A DNA stretch of 64,000 nt from positions 100,967 to 164,966 of the forward strand of contig NIVC01002523.1 of assembly GCA_002269645.1 (NCBI GenBank), given 5' to 3'. This DNA is from Macrostomum lignano (lineage: Eukaryota). Made by a program: the position numbers and the translations under genes. Shown here in pieces: positions 47,701 through 58,054 of the stretch. A model generated the notes under the pieces. That model was not told where the DNA came from, made no database searches, and saw only the letters and a list, made by a program, of their open reading frames with translations. Position 1 is the stretch's first letter. The number at the start of each line of letters is the position of its first letter.

Positions 47701-50700
47701 TTAACAGAATTAAATAGTTATACTGCTGTTTTTCTTGGAAGATCCGAACCGATTCTGATTCTGGAATTGGTAATATGAAAAGCCTCTATGAACGCAGATT
47801 TAAGTTCGAATTCGCAATCGTACATGTAAGCCACTCTAATTCCGTTTATTTACGAACCCAGTGTTGAACGAGTGTTGAGGGAGCTATTCTTGGATTTTGG
47901 CACTCGTGCAAGAAGTGAATTAAGTTAGCCTACATAGAACTTATCTATTGTATTTTGTTATTTAAGGTTGAAACATAGACGCTCAATAAAACAATGATTT
48001 GAGAAACAATACCCAGTTTGACACAGTTGCCTCCGGCTTCATTATTAATATGTTCAAATGGATACCGGAAGCCAATTGAATGACTATCGCTAATGAGGCT
48101 TGTAACTCAGGTTCAGGAAAAGGTAGCTCTTCGTTAAAAAAACAATAAAGCTACAATGGCCACCGAGAAGCTCATTTCTAGTGCAACTGTTTAGCCAGAA
48201 GCATCTCGAACGCGATAAAACATCCCCAAATCGCAGGTCCGCAGAGGCTGGCTGTCGGTCCATGGCGTCAGTGAATCCATAGAAGTTGCGACTGAATCAA
48301 GCAGCGATGTCGACGCGAAGTCCGGCGGCCAGTTCCGCCTAAACCTGTCGGAGGACCGGGTGCGCCAGGTCTGCCTGGCCCAGCGCCATCGCCGGGCCGC
48401 CTTCGTTTTCACTCTGTGCGACGATCTGCGCCTGCTGTTTTCCAACCGGCCGGCGCGCTCCGCCTTCTACGCTGCCGTAGCCGCCCGCCTGCGCGGGGTG
48501 GCGCGCGGCGCCGAGCCCGGCCTGCGGAGCGGCGGCTTCGAGCCGGTGTTGAATTTCGACTACGAGTTGACGCCGTCCGGACAGAGGCGGGAGCTCGGCC
48601 GCGGCTCATTCGGAATTGTGTACAGCGCCATCGAACTGAAGCAGCAGGTTGGTGCTGTCGACAAGTCTCAGCTTAGGGCCTTCTTGAACTTTAGGTAGAT
48701 AAAATAGTTGCAATTTCAATAGGATCATAATTTTCTCTCTATAGGGGTTTTTGATGATGCTGATTTCAAATTTGAGCTTCATTTTTTGTAGCTTAAAGCC
48801 AACCACTGGGGCATGGGGAATGGGGGGGGTTTAGGGTGGGGAGAATCTTCATGGGGATCGATTTTACGTACCTAAACTTCAATAGAGGTATAGGGGTCTA
48901 TTGAAGATTAGGTAGATAAATTCGGAGACTCAGGGGGGGGGCAAGTCTCAAGGGGGGGCTGACAACTACCAACAACCGAGGCATGGGGAATGGGGGTGTT
49001 AGGGTGGGGAGAATCTTCATGGGGATTTATTTTACATACCTAAACTTCAGTAGAGGCATGGAGGTCTATTGAAGATTAGATAGATAAATTCGGAGACTGA
49101 GGGGGGGGGGTCCTAGGGGAAAATTCTAAGACTCTAAGACTCTGGCGAAAGTTTCAGAAAAATCGGAAAATTGGAAGTATTTTTATATTACGTACCTAAA
49201 GTTCAAGAAGGCCAATCTCTGTGTGATATTTAAGATGTTTTTAAAGGCTCAATACACTTTGCCCTCAAATGAGTCACTGAGTCACACGACCAATGTACAA
49301 AGGAATCACACAAAATTTAGCCGCATTTGATGGCGGTGTGAACGAGCTTTTAAGAGCTAGTTTAGTGTTGCATGGATGATTTGTACTGCACTGTACAGTT
49401 TCATTGCTTTGCACATGAGTAGCTGGTGTGATTCAATGATGCAACAACTCATTTTTGGAAGACTCTGTGTCTATGTGCGTGCGCGTGTTGATCGCTAATA
49501 AATAAAGACGACTAAATTTCCGCAAAAAACTTTGCCGCTCTGCAGATGAAGATCGCCGTGAAGGAGATCTCTGAGGACCGGGTGCCCCATGTGCAGGCTC
49601 TGCACGAGGAGATCCGACTTCAGAGCCGGCTGCACCACCGGAATATTGTTGGCCTGCTGGGCTCCGTGTCCGAGGCTGGCGTTGTCAAGATCTTCATGGA
49701 ACAGGTGAGAGCGCGGTGCTGATTATGATTGCACTTGTTAAGGTTTAATTGGTAAATGAGATAAACAAAAATGAATCATTTAAAAATTGCCACACTTCGT
49801 GGCGTTCCGTAAGTTTGCAACGAAAACTGGCCTCCAATCAAATTTGCACGATTTTCGAGTGTAGCGTCCTATGAAGTAGTCCCAAATGACCGAATGCTGG
49901 ACTGACTTCAGCTCGCTACACTAAAAATGACGCAAGATTTTCCAACCCTCTCTCAGGCGCACCGGGTCTAGAATGGCGGTTTTCAACGTTGCTGAGTACG
50001 GTATATATATGGAATAAACCTTCAGTTATACTTGAATAAGCACTTGCGAAAAACTTTTGTTTTGAAAAATAATAGATTTTGAAGCCATATCAGAGGCTTA
50101 CGTAGCGGGAAGACCATCTTAGAGAATTAAACCATGACGACTATGGCGACTGTACAAGGTCAAAAAACTACATGTAGTTTATTTCAAAAGTTTATTTTTT
50201 GCTACCTCCCTAACCGGGTTTCTCTCTCGTCTTACGAAATGATAAAAGTTTTTGAAATATTTTAAAATATATGTTCTCGTTCTTCTGGTCTCTCACTTCT
50301 ATGGCTCTATGTCTATTTCAAATATCAATGTGAGAGCCAAATAACTGAGGCGACGGATTCAATTGACTTTTCCTGATGATGCAAACACTTGATGGTAACT
50401 TCAGACCGTTGTATTTGATGGTCACAATCTCGAGATGTTATCTTACAAAATATAATGTCTAAGATGGAATTCCAAATAAGAAGCTCGTTTTGTTCGAGTT
50501 CCAAGGGGTTTCTAAGTGTTCGGGTGAACCTATTGTGGAAGTCTATTGTGGAACGTGGGTTGGTTGTTGTTTTAGTTTTAGTGAGTCAATTTATCAGTTT
50601 TAGTGTTTGGGTTGAGACCCTAGCAGTGTCAATCAAAAGTAGTCAAAGGAGGTAAGCTAGAATGGCGAGGAAGGAAAAGAGAGTCGGAAGAGAGGCGAGG

Positions 50701-53700
50701 CCAGGCGAGCTTCTTGCTTAGTTAACATGAGCTTTTATAGTACTTTTCAGTCTTGATCGCGTTGGATGGTACATAGCTGTTTTTCATTGGTTGAGGTTGG
50801 GGTCGTGTCTTCAGCTTTTGCTAGTTGGAGCGCATTCGTTGGTTAAAATACATTCCATCTGGATGGGAGCTTTCTAGAGCCAAAATGTGTCACTTCATTT
50901 TGCTACCGACAATTTGCTACCAATATGCCTGTAGCAATTGAGGCAACTGGCAACTGAGCGCGCTGACGGCAATTCTGCCCCATTCCGCTGACTCTTGAGG
51001 ACACACAAGCGCGCCAATACTGTGCGCAGGCACGCACTCGTGCACTCCCTCACACAGGGTGCACAGCGGCTCTGACTTCCAGGAATCGAACCAGGGCTTC
51101 GTGGCGCGAGAGTTGGACGTGTTTACCGCTGAGCTGCTCTGCCCTAAACTTAGGACAGTCTTTACCCGTTTGCGAGCTCTCCACTTTGCGGCACATGATT
51201 AAAATTGAACTTTTGTTTTGCACCCCAGGTACCCGGCGGCTCATTGACTGCCCTAATTAAGCGAGTCGGTGCCCTGCGCGAGGACACCACTGCGCACTAT
51301 TCGCATCAGATTCTACAGGGCTTGCATTATCTGCACGAGAATCGCATTGTGCACCGGGACATCAAGTCGGACAATATCCTTGTTAACGCGTACAGCGGTT
51401 TAATCAAAATTACGGACTTTGGCACCAGTAGACGATTGCGGGGTTTCCACAATGCAGTTGCCACCTTTGCTGGAACCTTTCGCTACATGAGCCCGGAGGC
51501 GGCCAACCTCGGCGACGAGGGCTACGGCTATCCTACCGACGTCTGGTCGTTTGGCTGCACCGCCGTCGAGATGGTCAGCGGTCAGCCGCCGTTTAGCGAG
51601 CTGGCCACGCCTCAGGCGGCGTTATTTGAGGTAAGGAACTCTCACTGACATTAACTCGTTTATTGGCCTTCCGGCCACGTCTTTCCACACAAAGGGATCG
51701 TACTATAAAGCTGTCGTAGTGTAAGTTCGATCGTACGTCAGAACTTTTACACTATGGAGATGGGAGTTAAGAAGAATCTTATCTTTCAATGGCTTTATAG
51801 AAGGGGGCCCAATCTCTACTCTCGCTAATGTACATTACGGCTGCACCTATAGTAAATTGTTGACGTCTGCAAACCACTTCAGCGTGTTATAACCTATCTG
51901 TTATGTCAGGGGTCGGCGATTTGACTATTGACAAAATGACTGTGGACAAAATTACTGGCCAACAAAATGATGCTCCTAAATTTGAGCACTTTTTCACCCT
52001 TTTTACGACTACATGTATACTCAGCAACATTGAAAAGTCGCCACCCTTTGCCCCAGTGAGCAGTGTCTTTCGACCAGCGTCTATCACCTGGCCAACCATT
52101 TTGATATTAAAAAATGCTTGAAAAAAAACAATAAAAACCGGGCGGAAGCTTCAATCCATCCAATCTTCGCCCTCCGCTCTTCCCAATCCCTCCTCACCCA
52201 GCCCAATTCTGCGTCGCGTGGCGCAAGTTGCGTCACTCAAATGTCAATACTCAGCTAGAATTTACGAGTATTACGGACTCTCAAAGGTGGCGACTTTTTA
52301 ATGTTGTTGAGTATATGTGTCGTTCGGTGAAATATCATACTGATGCCATTAGTCGTAGCGACGTCAAGTAGAACGACGTTTTCCTGTATACATGCAAAGA
52401 CGGCAGTTCTAAATTTACAATACGGAGCACTTTGTTTCATGGAAAATTTTCTAAAAATTCAAATTAAAATGTTTTTCATGTTCATTTGAATGGTTATGGT
52501 CAATGTCCATGGTTATACGGACACGCTACTATTAAACGCTACTATTAAAACACTACTATTAAAACGCTACTATAAAAATATATTAAAAAAATAATATTAT
52601 TAAAACGACACTGCTGTTAAAACGATGCTATTATTAAAACAACAGTACTATTAAAACAATATTACTCGACTAGTTAGATAATGTTTATGACCAGTTGCTC
52701 CGACCAGTTGCTCCAACCAGTTGCTCCAACCAGTTGCTCCAACCAGTTGCTCCAACCAGTTGCTCCAACCAATCGCTCCATATTCTCATTGGCTTGTCTA
52801 TGTGCATAGGGGAATCCGTCACGACTAAGCAGCATGATGGATGTTCATATATTCTATTGTCTATGGGCTAGGGAAATCCATTAGAGACGCGAAAATCCCA
52901 AGGTCACTTCTAGCAATTGGTCGGAGCCATTAGTCAATGGGTGGAGCAAAGCAAATGGTCGTCATGTTTTTGTTCCTCTTATCTCTATTTTGTCCACAGT
53001 CATTTGTCCACAGTCATTTGTCCACAGTCGAATTGCGGCAGTCAAGTTGTGGCAGTCAATTGTCGTAGACCCTAAACCATGGCCAGAAAAGTAGCGCTCG
53101 TATTTCAACCATTATTTAATTCAGCTGACGTGCCAAGCAATCTACCGTTGTAAAATCAACCTTTAACTAAAAGTCCCTTGTATGGTCAGAATCAGACGCC
53201 GGCTCAGGGGGGTCCTAACTGTACATTCTTTATGTACAGTCTTTGTACATTGGCTGCCCTTAAACAAGGGTTGGCGTCGTTGCTGATTCTATTTTTAGCT
53301 GCGTGTTGGGCCCGTGACTCTAATAGCTCGTATTGATTGAACTCCCCCCTTTTTTGTGCTCTGCTAGGTCACACTAAATTTATACAAGCCATTCTATAAA
53401 AACCCTTTCCTCGGCCGCGAAGCCAGAACTTACCAGAAGCTTTGCACAGGCAGACAACTAACTAGCAATGTCAATAATGTATATTAAATAAATGTAACCG
53501 ATTTAAACAAAAAAGGTTTGTTTGTTTGTCTGTATCATTATTTGAGCTCAGTATTGTATACAATATTTTTTTTGTGACTGGTGCAGTGTAAAGTTTCTGC
53601 AGTATTTTTCGCTATTGATAAAAATATTGCTATATAGATTTAGGGTGCGTGCTTCCTATCACTGCTACATTCTCGTATGTTTCAATAATATTTTATTCAG

Positions 53701-56526
53701 GTAATGAAGATTAAAAATGTAAAATTCTGAGCTATTAAAACACCCAGATCGGTATGTACCGCCGGCACCCGGACATTCCAAACGGATGCAGCGAAGCCTG
53801 CCGCAATTTCTGCTTACGCTGCTTCACCCCGGAGCCCGGCCGGCGGGCCACCTGCGCCCAGTTGCTGGCTGACAGATTTCTGGCCGATGCTGCCAACCAG
53901 CTGATTGCTTTGCACCAGCAGGGAGGACAAGACGGGTTCGTGTTGCTGGGGGACTGGCTATCTGCAGTCTAACTTGCACTCAGCTATGAAGGTACTCCGT
54001 ACGACGGGGATATTTAGTAGCTCCTCAGTTCCCCCTAGGTATTTAGTAGCTCCTCAGTTCCCCCTGGGTATTTAGTAGCTCCTCAGCTCCACCTGGGTAT
54101 TTAGTAGCTCCTCAGTTCCACCTGGGTATTTAGTAGCTCCTCAGTTCCACCTGGGTATTTAGTAGCTCCTCAGTTCCCCCTGGGTATTTAGTAGCTCCTC
54201 AGTTCCACCTGGGTATTTAGTAGCTCCTCAGCTCCACCTGGGTATTTAGTAGCTCCTCAGTTCCCCCTGGGTATTTAGTAGCTCCTCAGTTCCACCTGGG
54301 TATTTAGTAGCTCCTCAGTTCCACCTGGGTATTTAGTAGCTCCTCAGCTCCACCTGGGTATTTAGTAGCTCCTCAGTTCCACCTGGGTATTTAGTAGCTC
54401 CTCAGTTCCACCTGGGTATTTAGTAGCTCCTCAGTTCCACCTGGGTATTTAGTAGCTCCTCAGCTCAACCTGGGTATTTAGTAGCTCCTCAGTTCCCCCT
54501 GGGTATTTAGTAGCTCCTCAGTTCCACCTGGGTATTTAGTAGCTCCTCAGCTCCACCTGGGTATTTAGTAGCTCCTCAGTTCCACCTGGGTATTTAGTAG
54601 CTCCTCAGTTCCACCTGGGTATTTAGTAGCTCCTCAGTTCCATTTTGGTATTTTTTAGTTCCCCAGACCCTCCTGTGGTCTGGTGGTCCCTCGGTACCCC
54701 TGAATATCGACGCACACTTTGCAGGCCCCAGGCCAGCAGACGCCGCATCCTGAAGCTGTACAGTCGCGACTGCGAACTCCGTCAGCGGCTCTGCGACCTG
54801 CTCCAGCAGGACAGGCAGCGCCTCATTGAGTACTGGTCTGAGCTGCTCGCAGCCGATGGCTCAGCTTTCAAAGCCGATGTCACTGCCGAGTTGTCAAAGC
54901 TGCTTGACCGGCTCAGCGCTTACATGCTGGAGCGCCGGCCTGAGCAGCTGCGCGGCCTTCAAACCAACACCTTGGCGCTGCGCCGTCTGGGCCAGGCGGT
55001 GGCCAAAATTTTGGCTGGCAGCCGCCTGCCACCCCATTGGATTCTGGCGTTTGATGCCCTTCTAGAGGAGCTGCGCGGCAAAGTCGGGGTGCGTTTTGGT
55101 TGGGTTGGTTTGGTTTGCTGTGGTAGGACTGTCTCATGCAGGAGCTCTAGTTAGGCTGGGTCTATCATACAGCTGTATGCCAGTTTGCATGTCTTTTTTA
55201 CTTTAAAAAACCCAGGCTGCTTCAGCTGCAACATCCGCCGCTCAGCTACCACCAATGTCGCAGACGGCACCGCTATCAACTGCTCAGTCTACGCCGCCGC
55301 CGCTCTCGGTTCCTCCGTCGCCGCTGCCGCCGCCGCCGCTGCCGCCGCCAACACTACCTGCTCCTGCCGTGTCACGCTCCGACGCTGCCGACTTAGCTGA
55401 GTGGGCGGCCACTACCGCCGGCCTGTCGCCAGCCGAGCTGCTGACTCTGGCCGACAATGACTGGGATTTGGACTCGCTGATGCACTGCGACAAGGAGGAC
55501 CTGCGCCGAATGCCGCTCAGGTACGTCTGAGTGTGACTCTCTCTGTGTGAGGCGTTTAGTGTCTCAAAATCTGCCCAATTTGAGGATTTTTGGTGTCTCA
55601 AAAACTGCCTGAATTGAGGGCTATTGGTGTCTCAAAACGTGCCCGATTTAAGGGTTTTTTGGTGTCTCAACACCTGCCCGATTTGAGGGTTTTGGTGTTT
55701 CAAAATCTGCCCGAATTGAGGGTTTTTTTGTCTCAAAAGCTGCCCATTTGAGGGTTTTTTGGTGTCTCAAAACCTGCCTGAAGTGAGGGTTTTTGGTGTC
55801 TCAAAACCTGCCCAGTTTGAGGGTCTTTATTGTCTCAAAATCTGGTCGATTTGATGGTTTTTGGTGTCTCAAAATCTGCCCGATTTAAGGGTTTTTTGGT
55901 ATTTCAACATCTGCCCGATTTTAGGGTTTTTGGTGTCTCAAAACCTGCCCGAATCGAGGGTCTTTGCTATCTCAAAATCTGCTCAATTTGAGGATTTTTG
56001 GTGTCTTAAAACCTGCCCGAATCGAGGGTCTTTGCTATCTCAAAATCTGCTCAATTTGAGGGTCTTTCGTTTATTTAAATTAATTTAAAAGAAATAAAAA
56101 ATTTTTTTTGCAACAAAACGTTTTTTATAAACTAATTTCTATCTCAAAATCTGTCCAATTTGAGGGTCTTTGGTGTCTCAAAAACTGCCTGAATTGAGGG
56201 TTATTGGTGTCTCAAAATCTGCCCGATTTAAGGGTTTTTTGGTGTCTCAACACCTGCCCGATTTAAGGGTTTTTTGGTGTCTCAAAAGCTGCCCAATTGA
56301 GGGTTTTGGTGTCTCAAAATCTGCCCAATTTGAGGGTTTTTGGTGTCCTAAAATCTGCCCGATTTCAGGGTTTTTGGTGCTCCAAAATCTGCTGTAGAAA
56401 CACCAGAAACACCAGTGCTTTTAGTTGGAATTAGAAATTGTCCCTATTAACCAACCTTTCAGATCTGGAGTTGTCAGCCGGCTTTGGCGGGCGATCGAGC
56501 AGAGACGTGCATCTGTTTTTAAATAG
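41723..56526 (+). CDS. MAP3K5: ASK1/MAP3K5-MAP3K15 family kinase, about 1120 aa; exons 41723-41841, 42457-42568, 43001-43111, 43664-43857, 44739-44894, 44990-45265, 45720-46221, 48237-48647, 49546-49704, 51229-51630, 53748-53935, 54725-55088, 55216-55520, 56463-56526
   Basis: ASK-type segments [56 protein letters not shown]; kinase motifs [41 protein letters not shown]; C-terminal SAM ([13 protein letters not shown]). All 13 junctions are frame-consistent. Confidence 0.92.
43128..43375 (+). mobile_element. tRNA-derived SINE family B copy, ASK1 intron 3
   Basis: A-box-like GCAGCTCAGTGCTAAAC followed by the family body. Confidence 0.65.
43900..44690. repeat. Pyrimidine-rich minisatellite, 20-bp unit TGATCCTCATCTGCTCTTCC, filling ASK1 intron 4
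   Basis: About 39 copies in two variant blocks. Confidence 0.95.
46340..46710. repeat. Minisatellite ~46-48 bp ATTAATCAGCCTGTGCAGGTACACACTCTGTGCCTTGGCCTTCGCGGG
   Basis: About 8 copies in ASK1 intron 7. Confidence 0.9.
47006..47050 (-). ncRNA. Minimal type I hammerhead ribozyme, copy 1
   Basis: Reverse complement CTAGACC-CTGAAGA-T-GGCCA(TTGT)TGGTC-C-GAAAC-GCGTC-GGTAG. Confidence 0.8.
47119..47163 (-). ncRNA. Minimal type I hammerhead ribozyme, copy 2
   Basis: Identical to copy 1, 113 nt away. Confidence 0.8.
47311..47355 (+). ncRNA. Minimal type I hammerhead ribozyme, copy 3, sense to the ASK1 pre-mRNA
   Basis: CUGAAGA core, 5-bp stem II, GAAA, palindromic helix III ACGCGU, GUC cleavage triplet, stem I with a 2-nt bulge. 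Confidence 0.8.
47527..47784. mobile_element. MITE-like copy of the 3256-3613 family
   Basis: Termini GGCCTTTTCATATT / AATATGAAAAGCC; internal CCGAACCGATTCTG..TCTGGAAT.GGTAATATGAAAAGCC shared with 3575-3612. Confidence 0.55.
48802..49115. repeat. Two direct copies of a ~140-170-bp G-rich unit in ASK1 intron 8
   Basis: GGCATGGGGAATGGGGG...GGAGAATCTTCATGGGGAT...TAGATAAATTCGGAGACT occurs twice. Confidence 0.85.
50945..51140 (-). mobile_element. tRNA-derived SINE family B, internally deleted copy
   Basis: A box AGCTCAGCGGTAAA and B box GGTTCGATTCC joined directly to the 3' body. Confidence 0.72.
51909..53072. mobile_element. Nested foldback/MITE-like cluster in ASK1 intron 10
   Basis: Outer GGGTC...GACCC ends with inverted GACTGTGGACAAA subrepeats; inner inverted pairs 51990-52050/52281-52335 and GCTCCGACCA/TGGTCGGAGC; (CCAGTTGCTCCAA)x6 at 52690-52770. 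Confidence 0.45.
54010..54640. repeat. Minisatellite, 29-bp unit CCTGGGTATTTAGTAGCTCCTCAGTTCCA, filling ASK1 intron 11
   Basis: About 21 copies. Confidence 0.95.
55555..56395. repeat. Degenerate ~34-35-bp minisatellite GTGTCTCAAAATCTGCCCGATTTGAGGGTTTTTTG, filling ASK1 intron 13
   Basis: About 21 copies. Confidence 0.93.
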
Positions 56527-56854
56527 GCCATTAATTATCGGCTTGGTAACGTGCTCATTTGAAGACTCAAACAGTCACTTGAAGTTTCCCAATGGCTTGC
56601 CGGTTGCGTTCAGAATTTATCTATTGAATATTATTTTTTATAACATTCTATTTCGGTTTTGTAGCTTCTTAGCGCAATATTTTTCTACTTCATCAGGTCA
56701 TCCATCAATACACAGTAGCCTCACGTTCGAATGCGTTCTGTTGATGTTAATTAAGCGCAACGAATTCAATTGCTGGCGGATTCGTTTGATAGGTTTATTA
56801 ATTTTCATTCATGCTTAAAGTACAAACCAAGAGCTAAATTCCTAAAAAAAACTA

Positions 56855-57165
56855 TCCAAGAATCAACCCTGACCATTCCAAGAATCAACCCTGACCATTC
56901 CAAGAATCAACCCTGACCATTCCAAGAATCAACCCTGACCATTCCAAGAATCAACCCTGACCATTCCAAGAATCAACCCTGACCATTCCAAGAATCGACC
57001 CTGACCATTCCAAGAATCGACCCTGACCATTCCAAGAATCGACCCTGACCATTCCAAGAATCAACCCTGACCATTCCAAGAACTATCCTTGACCCCACCA
57101 TAAACCGTACCTGACCACCCCAAGAATCATCCCTGACCACACCAAGAACCATACCTGACCATCCC
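56855..57165. repeat. Minisatellite, 22-bp unit CCAAGAATCAACCCTGACCATT
   Basis: About 13 copies downstream of ASK1. Confidence 0.93.
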
Positions 57166-58054
57166 TGATAAGGATTAACTGAATCTTAAGCATTTAACAA
57201 TTTAAGTGACGCTACGTTAAAAATAACAAAACAAAATTTACGATAATATCTTATAAAATGAGAATTTTCAATTGTTCAAAAAATTAAATATAGTTAAGGT
57301 ATATATTTTTCTTGTCGAAAATGTTTTGAACCGAAATGACAGGGCAGATGATACACTGCCCTTAATAAGTAAGTGCTGCTAGCGAGAATTTATTTACGTG
57401 TACTATTACTACCAGTAGTTTGACCGGTACTTATGACGAACTCATGATACAGAATACGACTACAAGTAAGCGCAACCGATTTAGCAAAGGTACTATTTAC
57501 TTGCGTAGTTGCCAAAATCTACAGCAATTACCGCAATGGTTGAGCTGCAATAACTCCTATTAGGACACAGCGCTCGTAAATGGCTGATGGTTCTTTAGCT
57601 GTAAAAATTTACGTAGATAGTCCTCGATTGATTAATCAAATTAAAAACTCACTCAAAGGAGCCATCGAATCACTTGATTGATGCACTGATGTAATCGTGG
57701 AAAAATTCACCCCATTAGATGGCGGTGGGAATGAGCCTTAACTACAGCAAACCGGAATTAAGCAAAATTCGAGCCTTCCCAGAGAATCCGTCCACAAAAA
57801 TATACATAGAAAGGATTCTACGAGTATAAGAGTGAAGCATACTAGCTCATACCAGCTGTTTTGTTATTTAGTCATACGCTCGCATAGGGGCCGAAAAACT
57901 TTAAAATCTTCCACGATTTCCGAGTGATTGCATCGTCCTTCTGCTGGTCTAGAATGCCTTGCTTTAAACTCGCTGTTAAAGCTATTCTGTACATTGTACA
58001 TGTAAAAATCACTGCTCTTTAGTCACTCGTACAGTGAACAATTTTTATAGATTG

